Positions 19,238 to 28,642 of a stretch of DNA of 64,000 bases are shown here, piece after piece. The notes under the pieces were generated by a model. It had not been told where the DNA came from, did not search any database, and saw only the letters and a list, made by a program, of their open reading frames with translations. A program made the translations under genes and the position numbers. How positions within the stretch are numbered: position 1 is the first letter of the stretch; each line of letters begins with the position of its first letter. Source of the stretch: a bacterium (GTDB lineage: Bacteria; Bacillota; Clostridia; Oscillospirales; Acutalibacteraceae); the NCBI GenBank assembly GCA_963657005.1, contig CAVKLC010000001.1, positions 45,081 through 109,080 on the forward strand, in the 5' to 3' direction.

Positions 19238-19951
19238 ATGGTTTACGCAGTAATATTAGCAGGCGGCGTCGGCTCAAGAATGGGCGGCGACAAGCCAAAG
19301 CAGTACCTTACAGTTAAGGATAAGCCTATCATTATTTACACTATTGAAAAATTCATTGCCGTTCCTCAGTTTGAAAAGATTATTATTCTTTGCCCTAAGC
19401 AGTGGGTTGAGCACACAAAAAATCTTATCGAAAAGCATATTGCTCCGGCTAAAGATTCAATAGCAGTTATTGAAGGCGGCGACACAAGAAATGAAACTAT
19501 AATGAACGCAATTTCATATATCGAGCAAGAGGGTCAGCTTAACGACGACACTATTATCGTTACTCACGACAGTGTAAGACCTTTTGTTACAAAAAGAATT
19601 ATCGAAGAAAATATTGAATTTGCAAAGCAGTACGGTGCTTGCGACACTGTTGTACCTGCTACAGATACCATTGTTGAAGCGCTCGACAATACAATTATCA
19701 GTTCTATTCCTGACAGAAGCAAGATGTATCAGGGTCAAACTCCGCAATCTTTCAATGCGCTCAAGCTTAAAAACATTTACGGCGCATTGACCGACGAGGA
19801 AAAAGACATACTTACCGACGCTGCAAAGATTTTTGTTATCAAGAGTGAAAAAGTTGCGCTCGTTGAGGGTGAAACATTCAATATGAAAATAACATATCCT
19901 TATGACCTCAGAGTGGCAAAGTCTTTGTTGGAGGACGAAAATAATGATTAA
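19238..19951 (+). CDS. tarI: Ribitol-5-phosphate cytidylyltransferase (IspD/TarI family)
   Basis: ILAGGVGSRMG..PKQY, THDSVRPF, GQTPQSF, TDA, NMKITYPYDL; adjacent to tarJ. Confidence 0.88.
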   Translation: MVYAVILAGGVGSRMGGDKPKQYLTVKDKPIIIYTIEKFIAVPQFEKIIILCPKQWVEHTKNLIEKHIAPAKDSIAVIEGGDTRNETIMNAISYIEQEGQLNDDTIIVTHDSVRPFVTKRIIEENIEFAKQYGACDTVVPATDTIVEALDNTIISSIPDRSKMYQGQTPQSFNALKLKNIYGALTDEEKDILTDAAKIFVIKSEKVALVEGETFNMKITYPYDLRVAKSLLEDENND

Positions 19952-20969
19952 TACAGTTTACAGGCTCGTTGCGCCGAGGAGATTTGAAATTGCATTTGAG
20001 GACATTAATCTTTTTGGCGAAAATGCAATAGTCAGACCTACATATCTTTCAATTTGCAATGCCGATATGAGGTATTATCTCGGTACCCGTGACGCCAAAG
20101 TGCTTGCCGAAAAGCTTCCTATGGCGCTTATTCACGAGGGTGTCGGTGAAGTTGTACACGACCCGTCGGGCACATTCAAGCCGGGTGACAAGGTTGTTAT
20201 GGTCCCTAACGCACCTTGCGAAACCGACGACTACATTGCAGAAAACTATCTTCGTTCTTCAAAATTCTGCGGTTCTTCTATGGACGGCTTTTTGCAGGAA
20301 TTTGTTGAAATTTCACCTAAAAGGCTTGTTAAGCTTCCGGATGATATTGATATGAGAGTTGCGGCATTTACCGAGATTGTTTCCGTTTCCGTTCACGCCA
20401 TTTCCCGTTTTGACAAAATTGCGCACGACCGCAGAGAAACTATAGCTGTTTGGGGCGACGGCAACCTCGGCTATATCACCTCCCTTTTCCTCAAATATCA
20501 TTTCCCGCAGTCTAAAATTGTCGTTTTCGGCACAGTTGCGGACAAGCTTGCAGATTTCACTTTTGCAGACGAAACCCACCTTGTTAACAAAGTTCCCGAC
20601 GGTTTCACTATGGACCACGCATTTGAATGTGTCGGCGGCAACGGAAGTCCTATTGCCATCGAGCAAATTATCGGTCTTATTAAGCCGGAGGGTACAATTT
20701 CAATCTTGGGCGTAAGCGAATACCCCGTTCCTATCAACACTCGTATGATTCTTGAAAAAGGTCTTCGTATGTTCGGTTCTTCCAGAAGCGGCGTTAAGGA
20801 CTTTGCAAAAACAGTTGATATGTACGAAAAGCACCCTGAAATTATCGATTACCTCGGTAACCTTATCAGCTCGGTTAACACTGTTCGTACAACAACGGAT
20901 ATCAAAAATGCATTTGAAAAAGATACTCAAAAATCATTCGGCAAAACCATTATGAAATGGGAAGAATGA
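19944..20969 (+). CDS. tarJ: Ribulose-5-phosphate reductase / ribitol-5-phosphate dehydrogenase
   Basis: MINTVYRL, SICNADMRYY, LPMALIHEG, WGDGNLGY, FECVGG, GSSRSG. Confidence 0.9.
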   Translation: MINTVYRLVAPRRFEIAFEDINLFGENAIVRPTYLSICNADMRYYLGTRDAKVLAEKLPMALIHEGVGEVVHDPSGTFKPGDKVVMVPNAPCETDDYIAENYLRSSKFCGSSMDGFLQEFVEISPKRLVKLPDDIDMRVAAFTEIVSVSVHAISRFDKIAHDRRETIAVWGDGNLGYITSLFLKYHFPQSKIVVFGTVADKLADFTFADETHLVNKVPDGFTMDHAFECVGGNGSPIAIEQIIGLIKPEGTISILGVSEYPVPINTRMILEKGLRMFGSSRSGVKDFAKTVDMYEKHPEIIDYLGNLISSVNTVRTTTDIKNAFEKDTQKSFGKTIMKWEE

Positions 20970-20987
20970 TAACTCAATAAATAAATC

Positions 20988-21018
20988 AAGCCTGCTGTAA
21001 TCATACAGTAGGCTTTTT
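20988..21018 (+). terminator. Intrinsic terminator of the tar locus
   Basis: AAGCCTGCTGTA-atca-TACAGTAGGCTT followed by TTTGT. Confidence 0.8.
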
Positions 21019-21050
21019 GTTATTAATATAAATTATATTATAATCGGTTG

Positions 21051-21164
21051 ACGGCTACGAGTAATTGTGCGCAAGCACAAGAGACACGAGACTCCAAATT
21101 TGGCGACCTCAAGGAGCAACAAATTTGGGAGAAACAGTTCGGGGAACTTTTTCGTAATGAGTAG
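21051..21164 (+). other. Multi-hairpin intergenic element (candidate sRNA or MITE)
   Basis: TTGTGC-GCAA-GCACAA, CCAAATTTG...CAAATTTGG and AGTTC-ggg-GAACT enclosed by TACGA/TCGTA; TATAAT at 21039-21044. Confidence 0.4.
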
Positions 21165-21170
21165 TTTATT

Positions 21171-21263
21171 GCGGGCGGATAATATCCGCCCCTACGGTTG
21201 TCTTTTTAATTTAGATATCCTAATATGAAATGAATATCGTAGGGGCGAATACCATTCGCCCGC
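21171..21263. repeat. GTAG-type REP doublet (REPIN-like), best-preserved copy
   Basis: GCGGGCGGATaatATCCGCCcCTAC-43 nt-GTAGgGGCGAATaccATTCGCCCGC. Confidence 0.8.
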
Positions 21264-21284
21264 TAAACTATAATTTACGCAACG

Positions 21285-21317
21285 AAAAGGAGAACCTTTC
21301 GGTTCTCCCTTTCTTTT
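21285..21317 (-). terminator. Intrinsic terminator
   Basis: Minus strand GGAGAACC-gaaa-GGTTCTCC followed by TTTT; same stem as 45549-45585. Confidence 0.8.
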
Positions 21318-21319
21318 AC

Positions 21320-22537
21320 TTATTTAGTTTTAACTGTCTTAGCCTTTGACCAAGAGGAGTAAACTTTTTTGCCGTTCACTGTTTTATATGTACGAATACG
21401 AACATAATACTTCTTCTTTGCCTTGAGCTTTTTAACGGTGGTTTTGGTTGTTTTCTGCTTCTTGATTGTTACGGTTTTCTTGTTTTTCTTAAACTTTTTA
21501 TCCGTAGCAAGTTGAATTTGATAACCCTTTACACCCTTAACCTTTGTCCAAGTGAGGGCGATTGCTTTCTTTGAGCCTTTCACTTTTTTAAACTTCGCAC
21601 CCTTAGGCTTAGCAACTGCTTTTGTTGTGGTTTGAGTTGCAGGCTGTGTTGTTGCTTGCTGAGTTGTTGTAGTTGCAGCAACAATAGGTGCTGTCGTAGT
21701 AACCGTTGTCGGTTCTGTAGGAGCCGGGGCAGGAGCAACTGTAGTAGGTACACTTGTCGGCTGAGGTTGAGTTGTAACAGTTGTAGGCTGAGGAGCAGGC
21801 TGTGTAGTTGTTGTGCTCGGTTCAGGTGTTGGTGTCGGGTCAACGCTCGGTTCACTGCTATAATGAATTGTTGCATTTAACAAGCAATCATTTCCATCTC
21901 CGACAGTAATACTATTCCATTCACTTTCGATACCTGAATAGTAAACATCTTTTAAGCTTGTGCAATCATAAAATGCACACCAACCAATACTAGTTACGCT
22001 GTCAGGTATTGTTACGCTTGTTAAACTTGTGCAAAAATTAAATGCATAATTGCCAATACTTGTTACGCTGTCAGGTATTGTTATGCTTGTTAAGCTTTCG
22101 CAATCTCCAAATGCAATTTGACCAATACTTGTTACGCTGTTTGGTATTGTTACGCTTGTTAAACTTGTGCAATTATAAAATGCCCTATCACCAATACTTG
22201 TTACGCTATTCGGTATTGTTATGCTTGTCAAACTTGTACAATATAAAAATGCATAATCATCAATACTTGTTACGCTATTTGGTATTGTTACGCTTGTTAA
22301 GCTTGTGCAATTATAAAATGCCTCATCGCCAATACTTGTTACTGACTTACCAGCGATAGTTGACGGGATATCAAGATTTGTTTCAGAGCCGGTATACTTG
22401 GTAATTGTTACAGTATTATCAGAATTGATGTAATACGAAAAATCACCGTCTGTTTCTGCACTTGCAGTTAGGTTCAGTCCGGCAGTTATGCTAAGAATCA
22501 TAACGAGTGACATCAATAAACTAATTACTTTTTTCAT
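21320..22537 (-). CDS. Secreted BspA-type (TpLRR) leucine-rich-repeat surface protein with P/T linker and Lys-rich FN3-like C-terminal module
   Basis: Signal peptide MKKVISLL...ASA, six 23-aa SIGxxAFxxCTSLTSxTIPxSVT repeats, P/T/Q linker, C-terminal [14 protein letters not shown]...YYVRIRTYK...YSSWS. Confidence 0.9.
   Translation of the reverse strand: MKKVISLLMSLVMILSITAGLNLTASAETDGDFSYYINSDNTVTITKYTGSETNLDIPSTIAGKSVTSIGDEAFYNCTSLTSVTIPNSVTSIDDYAFLYCTSLTSITIPNSVTSIGDRAFYNCTSLTSVTIPNSVTSIGQIAFGDCESLTSITIPDSVTSIGNYAFNFCTSLTSVTIPDSVTSIGWCAFYDCTSLKDVYYSGIESEWNSITVGDGNDCLLNATIHYSSEPSVDPTPTPEPSTTTTQPAPQPTTVTTQPQPTSVPTTVAPAPAPTEPTTVTTTAPIVAATTTTQQATTQPATQTTTKAVAKPKGAKFKKVKGSKKAIALTWTKVKGVKGYQIQLATDKKFKKNKKTVTIKKQKTTKTTVKKLKAKKKYYVRIRTYKTVNGKKVYSSWSKAKTVKTK
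21953..22345 (-). repeat. 69-bp coding tandem repeat (about 6 units)
   Basis: Recurrent caatacttgttacgct...ggtattgttacgcttgttaa units at a 69-nt period. Confidence 0.9.
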
Positions 22538-22628
22538 CGAATCTCTCCTTTGAAATAAAAAAAACATTTAGCAATGTAATTATATCACACCCCAAAATCA
22601 TATTCAATACAACAAAACGCATAAAAAT

Positions 22629-22655
22629 AAAGGATGCCGTTTTTGGCATCCTTTT
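22629..22655 (-). terminator. Intrinsic terminator after the CHAP gene
   Basis: AAAGGATGCC-gttttt-GGCATCCTTT with A/T tails on both sides. Confidence 0.75.
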
Positions 22656-22670
22656 AATAAAATAAAAAAA

Positions 22671-23336
22671 TCAATTCAAAATAAAGCTGTTTTGCGGGTT
22701 CATAATATTGTTATTGCTCATTTTAAACTCAAGGGATGAAAATGCTGTTTTTTCCTGAAGTTCAAAGTGTGAATCTTGCATAGTGTAGCTTTTTTCCTGA
22801 GTTTGCGTTTCTGTTGTTTCCTGCGCTTCTTCCTCATCATTTGACGGGGTATAAGCATAAATGTAGCCGTAAAACTTTTGACCGTAGTGGCGCGACATAT
22901 TGTAATAAGTTTTTGTATTAAAATATTTGCCGCCCCAGTGCGACTCCGACACGGTAATACTGCCGTCATTATTTATTTCTTCAACTATTGCAACATGGTT
23001 TGACCAGCAGGCAACTGCGCCGCGCTCGGCAACATCGCCATATTCGTAATAGCCGTTTCTTTTGTTTATAGACCACCATTGACCTGCATCGCCGCGGTTA
23101 AGTTTCGGTGCTTCGCCGTTGAGCTCGTAGAGCCTGCCGTAAGCGTATGCAACGCAATTAGGCATACCGTAGCCCTGCTTGGCATAAACATTGAGTTTAC
23201 GGGTGTAGTAAGGTTCACCGTTTGGGCTTGTAAGCCTCGGTTCAAATTCTTTTGCAAGAGCTGTGCAAGGGGTAAGGGTTAAAATAAGCACTGTTATAAT
23301 AACCATAACTATTCCTTTTTTCAGTATCTTTGCCAA
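22671..23336 (-). CDS. Secreted CHAP-domain peptidoglycan hydrolase
   Basis: Signal peptide; PNCVAYAYGR (catalytic Cys), GDAGQWW, HVAIVE (catalytic His), VSESHWG. Confidence 0.88.
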   Translation of the reverse strand: MAKILKKGIVMVIITVLILTLTPCTALAKEFEPRLTSPNGEPYYTRKLNVYAKQGYGMPNCVAYAYGRLYELNGEAPKLNRGDAGQWWSINKRNGYYEYGDVAERGAVACWSNHVAIVEEINNDGSITVSESHWGGKYFNTKTYYNMSRHYGQKFYGYIYAYTPSNDEEEAQETTETQTQEKSYTMQDSHFELQEKTAFSSLEFKMSNNNIMNPQNSFILN

Positions 23337-23418
23337 AATAACGCCTCCTTTTCAAGCGACGCAAACATTTTAGCATAATTTACAATTTGTAATCTATAGC
23401 AAAAAGCAACAAGTATTT

Positions 23419-23435
23419 TGTAACTATTTTGTAAT
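23419..23435. promoter_or_regulatory. WalR-like direct-repeat box upstream of the CHAP gene
   Basis: TGTAAC-TATTT-TGTAAT fits TGTWAH-N5-TGTWAH. Confidence 0.5.
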
Positions 23436-23599
23436 AAATATACCGATTAGCCAAACTTTCGTCAAAATCATTGACAAAAAAGCGTGACTTATTAGACTTT
23501 TGTCTGTTTTAATACAGATTAAATGATAAAAAATCGGCAGAAAAGTTACAATCTCTCCTGCCGAATACAAAGTGTATTATAATATTTTAATAAACATAA

Positions 23600-23665
23600 G
23601 GCGAACACTGTTCGCCAACCAATCCCTCAGTCAAACAAGTTGACAGCTCCCTTTGCAAGGGAACC
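23600..23665. repeat. Single REP hairpin plus family-2 two-hairpin palindrome
   Basis: GGCGAACactGTTCGCC followed by ccctcaGTCAaacaagtTGACagcTCCCTTtgcAAGGGAacc. Confidence 0.65.
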
Positions 23666-23684
23666 ATAAACTATAATTTACTTA

Positions 23685-24611
23685 TTATTTTTGATAATCA
23701 ATGCAATCGGTTGTAATGAGGGTTACGCCGTTATCTTCAAGCTTTTTCATAACTGATGGGTCATTAATGGTCCACGCACCGAGGTCAAGACCCTCGTCCT
23801 TGCACTTTTGAAGAATATTGTTTTCAAAATTCTTTTCCTTATTACCGTTGAAGTCGATACCGCAATCGAGAATATTTCTTGCGTTTTTGATATCATCTTC
23901 GGTAATTTCCTGAACGAGATAATATGTTTTATCAAGCGTGAGGGCACGAATTTTTTGCAAATTTTCAAGGTGGAACGAAATATAAACTGCAGAAAGCTTA
24001 TATTCATTTACAAGCTCAACAACTTCGTTATAATGCTCGGTATTATTTTTACCTTTAAGCTCGATAACAGGGGTCATATTGTATTTTTGACAAATTTCAA
24101 GATATTCTTCAAGCGAGCAAATTGTAAGGTTAGGATAATCGGCAATGTTGACACCGTTATCAACCTTCATCGCTTTAAGCTCGTCATATGTTTTCTTTTC
24201 AACCCAGGCGGTTTTATCCATCATACGGTAAGTATTTGTATCGTGGGAAACGACCCAAACGCCGTCCTTAGTTCTGTAAATATCGCACTCGGCGCCCCAA
24301 TAGCCGTGTTCACCTGCTGCTTCAAACGATGCAACTGTGTTTTCAGGTGCAACGCTTCGCATACCTCTGTGAGCAACGAGGGTTACATCATCCGTAGTTG
24401 AAACAACGGTATAATCTTTTGTTTCGCAGTACCAATGGAGCACGCAAACGCCTGCAACAACGGTAGCGACAATAAGAAATGCAAGCACGCAAACAATAAC
24501 AAGAACTATAGTCTTTTTCTTTTTAGACCATTTTTTCTTTTCTTTTTTATTGTCGTCGTTTTGATTAATTTCTTCTGTTTCAATTACTTCAACTTTATTT
24601 TCTTCACTCAT
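23685..24611 (-). CDS. Membrane-anchored glycerophosphodiester phosphodiesterase
   Basis: N-terminal TM; VAHRG, APENT, AECDI..TKDG..VVSHD, IELK, AWTIND, ITTD. Confidence 0.9.
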   Translation of the reverse strand: MSEENKVEVIETEEINQNDDNKKEKKKWSKKKKTIVLVIVCVLAFLIVATVVAGVCVLHWYCETKDYTVVSTTDDVTLVAHRGMRSVAPENTVASFEAAGEHGYWGAECDIYRTKDGVWVVSHDTNTYRMMDKTAWVEKKTYDELKAMKVDNGVNIADYPNLTICSLEEYLEICQKYNMTPVIELKGKNNTEHYNEVVELVNEYKLSAVYISFHLENLQKIRALTLDKTYYLVQEITEDDIKNARNILDCGIDFNGNKEKNFENNILQKCKDEGLDLGAWTINDPSVMKKLEDNGVTLITTDCIDYQK

Positions 24612-25401
24612 TTTTATTATCCTCCGTTTCTTTTTTTGCGTCATTATTTTGCTCAGGGAATTTGATTACTTTGCTGTTTTCTGTGCAAAATCTGCCCTTA
24701 ATATCCCATTCACCTTTCATTCCTTTAGCGGCAGCGCCAAGCTGAAAATGAAGCTGAGCAATGCCGAAATCAAGACTTTTATCAGAATACGGTTCGTCAA
24801 CATAGCCGCTGATAACTCCGTTTTCATACTTAAAATGAACCGGTCGCCTGTTAGTGGCAGACGGTGCTTTTTCAACAAGCTTGAATGCGTATTCATAATA
24901 AGCCGGAAGCTTTTCGTCGCAAACCTCAATCATTTTTTGATAGGGCTTATTGTTTTTATGCGTTGCGTTATACATAAGCTTTTCTTTTGTGCTGAGTTTA
25001 TCTTTAACATAACCCACCACAATTACGGCATAAAGCCTATGCTTTTTTGGCAAATCAATGGCTTCATACACCTTATTTTCATCATAAGTGCCAGAAACCC
25101 AGCAAGTACCGAGCCCATGATAAACGCATTGAAGCACGATTGACTCGCCCCAATAGCCACTCATAATTCTCGCCTTTTCCGTGTCCTCGCCGCAAACAGC
25201 GATGTATGAAAACTTACCGGAAAAAATCTTGAACGCAGGAGTGCCGTCCTCAACAAGCTGAAATTCAAGCCCGCTCGCATCATTAACAGCATCAACCATA
25301 TTTCTGAGAACATCAAGAATTTCTTTAGGCAGTGCTCTTGTTTTGTAACTTCTTCTTGATGTTCTGAGGTCTATTGCTTTGATATATTCTTCATTTGTCA
25401 T
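24604..25401 (-). CDS. Nitroreductase family protein
   Basis: RTSRRSY, GLGTCWV, APSATNRRP, DFGIAQLHF. Confidence 0.85.
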   Translation of the reverse strand: MTNEEYIKAIDLRTSRRSYKTRALPKEILDVLRNMVDAVNDASGLEFQLVEDGTPAFKIFSGKFSYIAVCGEDTEKARIMSGYWGESIVLQCVYHGLGTCWVSGTYDENKVYEAIDLPKKHRLYAVIVVGYVKDKLSTKEKLMYNATHKNNKPYQKMIEVCDEKLPAYYEYAFKLVEKAPSATNRRPVHFKYENGVISGYVDEPYSDKSLDFGIAQLHFQLGAAAKGMKGEWDIKGRFCTENSKVIKFPEQNNDAKKETEDNKNE

Positions 25402-25450
25402 AATATAAAATTCCTATATCTTTTAAAATTATATAGTAATTATACCATAT

Positions 25451-27274
25451 TCAAATATCAAACTCAACATTGTAATGCTTTATCCATGCATAAATTTGGT
25501 AAATATACGCTCCAATTTGCGGCACACCCATAAGTTGACCGTACCACGGCTCAGGGAGAGAATCGGGATTTTGCATAATTTCATACAAATTATCGGCATT
25601 TATCCAATCTCTAAGCGGAGTTGAACTGTCGGTAAGAGCGTCATAAAGAAGTTCTTTAACCCTTGCAAAATAAACAGGGTTATGAGTTTTTGGATAAGGG
25701 CTTTTCTTTCGCCAAGCAATTTCCTTTGGCAGGTCATTTTCAAACGCTTTTCGCAAAATTCCCTTTTCCCTGCCGTCAAGCGCTTTAATATTCCACGGAA
25801 GATTATAGGTATACTCAACAAGCCTATAGTCGCAAAACGGAACTCTCACTTCAAGTGAAGATTCCATACTCATAACATCTTTGCGGGCAAGGAGCGTTTG
25901 CATAAACCAGTCGAGATTGAGTTTAAACATTTCTCTCATTCGCCTGTCTGTTTTTGTATCGGTTTCAAGATACGACACATCTTTGAGCGTATTCAAATAA
26001 GCATTTCTCAAATAATCTTCGCCGTAAGGTAAAAAGCCGTCTTTAAGTATGCTTTGCCTAAGCTTCGTGCTTCGTGCCCACGGGAATGAATCTTCAAAAA
26101 GCACTTCTTTTCTGTGATACCACGGGTAGCCTGCAAAAATTTCGTCGGCACATTCGCCGGAAAGACAAACTGTAAAATCTTTCTTTACCTCTTTGCAAAA
26201 GAGCATAAGGGATGAATCAATATCGACAAAACCGGGAACACCCCTTGCTATCGTCGCTTTTTCAAGTGCATTTGCAACATCTCTGTTATCAAGCACAACA
26301 TTATGATGATAAGACCCTATATAGCTTGAAATTATGTCGATATAGTCTGAATCTTTATTCGGCTGAAAAAGGCTCTTTTTAAAATATTTGTCGTTATCGG
26401 TATAATCAACAGAATAAGTATGAAGCACCTTGCCGTTCTTTTTGTATTCGTCGCTCGCAATTTTGGAAATGATTGACGAATCAAGCCCGCCCGAAAGAAA
26501 AGTTGAAAGCGGAACATCGCTGACAAGCTGGCGCTTTATCGAATCTTTAACGAGTTCATATGTGTGCTCTATCGCTTCATCCTCGCTCTCGCTGTTTTCT
26601 TTCGCTTCAAGTTTCCAATATGAAAATGTATTGATTTTTCCGTCTTTATAAGTCAAAAAATGTGCAGGTAAAAGCTCCTCAATATCTTTAAAAATCGCCT
26701 TGCCCATTGTTTTTGCAGGACCGAGCATAAATATCTCGTTAAGTCCTTCTTCATCAACAATCGGCTTAACTTCGCTTATGCACAAAAGGCTTTCAATCTT
26801 GCTAGCAAAGGCAAAATATGATTTTGTTTTTGTAAAGTAGAACGGCTTTACGCCTATTCTGTCACGGGTGGCAAAAAGTGAATTTTCTTTTTTATCATAA
26901 ATAGCATAGGCAAAAATACCGTTAAACTTTTTAACGCTCTCCTCTTGCCATTTGTCATACGCTTTCAGCACAACCTCGGTGTCGCAATGGGTATCAAATT
27001 TGTAGCCATAGCTTTCAAGCTCTTTCCTAACTTCGTCTGTATTATATAACTCTCCGTTATAAACAATAACATACTTGCCGAAATGCATAGGCTGAGCACC
27101 GTTTTCAACATCAATAACAGCAAGTCGCCTGTGAATAAGCGCCGTGCTCGGCGTTATATAAGCGCCCGCAGAATCGGGACCTCTGTTTTCAAGCGTTTTG
27201 CTGATGTTTTGAATAAGTAATCTTTCACCTCTTAAATCAATGTTACTGCTGAGTAAACCGGCAATGCCGCACAT
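25451..27274 (-). CDS. asnB: Asparagine synthase (glutamine-hydrolysing), AsnO-like
   Basis: MCGIAG, RGPD, HRRLAVID, YNGELYN, RDRIGVKP, LSGGLDSS, LSGECADE, EVRVPF. Confidence 0.93.
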   Translation of the reverse strand: MCGIAGLLSSNIDLRGERLLIQNISKTLENRGPDSAGAYITPSTALIHRRLAVIDVENGAQPMHFGKYVIVYNGELYNTDEVRKELESYGYKFDTHCDTEVVLKAYDKWQEESVKKFNGIFAYAIYDKKENSLFATRDRIGVKPFYFTKTKSYFAFASKIESLLCISEVKPIVDEEGLNEIFMLGPAKTMGKAIFKDIEELLPAHFLTYKDGKINTFSYWKLEAKENSESEDEAIEHTYELVKDSIKRQLVSDVPLSTFLSGGLDSSIISKIASDEYKKNGKVLHTYSVDYTDNDKYFKKSLFQPNKDSDYIDIISSYIGSYHHNVVLDNRDVANALEKATIARGVPGFVDIDSSLMLFCKEVKKDFTVCLSGECADEIFAGYPWYHRKEVLFEDSFPWARSTKLRQSILKDGFLPYGEDYLRNAYLNTLKDVSYLETDTKTDRRMREMFKLNLDWFMQTLLARKDVMSMESSLEVRVPFCDYRLVEYTYNLPWNIKALDGREKGILRKAFENDLPKEIAWRKKSPYPKTHNPVYFARVKELLYDALTDSSTPLRDWINADNLYEIMQNPDSLPEPWYGQLMGVPQIGAYIYQIYAWIKHYNVEFDI

Positions 27275-27290
27275 AAAATCACCTCGTGAT

Positions 27291-27320
27291 TATTATATGC
27301 GGCACGCTTTTAAAGGTTAT
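27291..27320 (-). promoter_or_regulatory. Candidate sigmaE/sigmaK promoter of the asnO-like gene
   Basis: Minus strand ATA-AC-N16-CATATAATA just before the GAGGTG RBS. Confidence 0.5.
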
Positions 27321-28580
27321 TTAATTGTTTAATTCAAAATGATTTTCAATAGTTTTCCACTCATTTTTTGAAAATTCATCTTTTAATTTTTCACTTGATA
27401 CTTCGTTATAAATTTCTTCAAATTTTTTAAATTTATCGTAATCGGAATTCATGCTTGAAGTGTCAACACTGTCATACTTTTCAAAAACTTTCTTGAGCGT
27501 TTTAAAATCATCTTTTTTGCTTATTTCAAAAAATCTATTAGCAAAATCATCACTGCTGTAGACATTGTTATTTTTGGTGTATCCTGTGTTAAAACGCTCT
27601 TTCACATCGTCACCCTGAGTAATATCTAAACTGTCTAACACATAAAATGTTTTTAAATTCGCCCAAAATTCAGAATCGAACTGCCATATCCTATCATCAT
27701 ATTCTCCGCAAATTCTGTCAAAAGTATGGCTCATTTCGTGAATAAGCGCAAATGTTTCAATATTACAAACTTTACTTTCATTAAACTTTGAAACATTATT
27801 CAGTACATTTAAAACTTGGCTTTCATCTATATAAACAGGGTATCCGGCGTTGCCGAAATCTGCCTTTTGAGAAGTTAAAACAAAATTTGTTTTGCCGTAA
27901 GTATAATCATTACCTACCAATTCTTTAAGTGATTTTCTACATTTTGACAGAAAGTTCAAATATGATACTATATCTGTATCTTTTGCTTTTGATTTTTGAA
28001 TATCGGTTTTTAAAAACACTGCATTTATGCATTTATCATCAGACGAAAAAATGCAACATTCATCCACTTCTTCCACTGGTTTTACGCTAATCTCATCAAC
28101 TGAAACATCGCCTTTCAGCTTAGCTTCTTCACTACCTAAAAGAATAGAAAAATCAATCTTGCCGTCATAACAATAAACAATTCTTGATATCTTTTTCCAA
28201 GCAAGTTCATCACCGTTATCTGTAGACGAATTGATATAATTTGAAAAAATAAAAGAAGATGTCATATCACTTTCGTTATTATATTTTATTTTAACGCCGT
28301 CATCTGCATTGTTGCAATTAAGTTCGCTTGAGCAGATATATGCAGATATTTCATAAAATTTATCTTTTTGCAAATCTTGCACAGTATAGTTCATTTTGGC
28401 GAAAGAATAATCGTAAAATAAAAATTCATATGCTGTTTTTTTATCTTTTACACCGTAATCTTTGCTGTATTCAACATTGTCGCCAACTTGAATATCAGAA
28501 GATTTTAAAGTATTACTGCAAGCCGTAACACTAAATAATATAAATAATATGCAAAAAAATAAAGCAAATGATTTTTTCAT
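27321..28580 (-). CDS. Lipoprotein with HEXXH zinc-metallopeptidase (gluzincin-like) motif
   Basis: Lipobox VTAC; LIHEMSHTF followed by SEFWAN; N-terminal beta-rich region; AT-rich. Confidence 0.7.
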   Translation of the reverse strand: MKKSFALFFCILFILFSVTACSNTLKSSDIQVGDNVEYSKDYGVKDKKTAYEFLFYDYSFAKMNYTVQDLQKDKFYEISAYICSSELNCNNADDGVKIKYNNESDMTSSFIFSNYINSSTDNGDELAWKKISRIVYCYDGKIDFSILLGSEEAKLKGDVSVDEISVKPVEEVDECCIFSSDDKCINAVFLKTDIQKSKAKDTDIVSYLNFLSKCRKSLKELVGNDYTYGKTNFVLTSQKADFGNAGYPVYIDESQVLNVLNNVSKFNESKVCNIETFALIHEMSHTFDRICGEYDDRIWQFDSEFWANLKTFYVLDSLDITQGDDVKERFNTGYTKNNNVYSSDDFANRFFEISKKDDFKTLKKVFEKYDSVDTSSMNSDYDKFKKFEEIYNEVSSEKLKDEFSKNEWKTIENHFELNN

Positions 28581-28595
28581 AATAATATTCACCTA

Positions 28596-28635
28596 ATAAA
28601 AAACATATTAGCAACCAAAAAGGCTGCTAATATGT
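28596..28635 (-). terminator. Intrinsic terminator after the large surface-protein gene
   Basis: ACATATTAGCA...TGCTAATATGT with a minus-strand T-run. Confidence 0.7.
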
Positions 28636-28642
28636 CATTATT

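Noticed and set aside
19238..19951. ispD (MEP pathway) assignment
   Set aside because: Coupling to tarJ and tagF-like genes favours TarI.
21953..22345. Regularly spaced repeats as a possible CRISPR array
   Set aside because: In-frame 69-bp coding LRR units without unique spacers; no cas genes.
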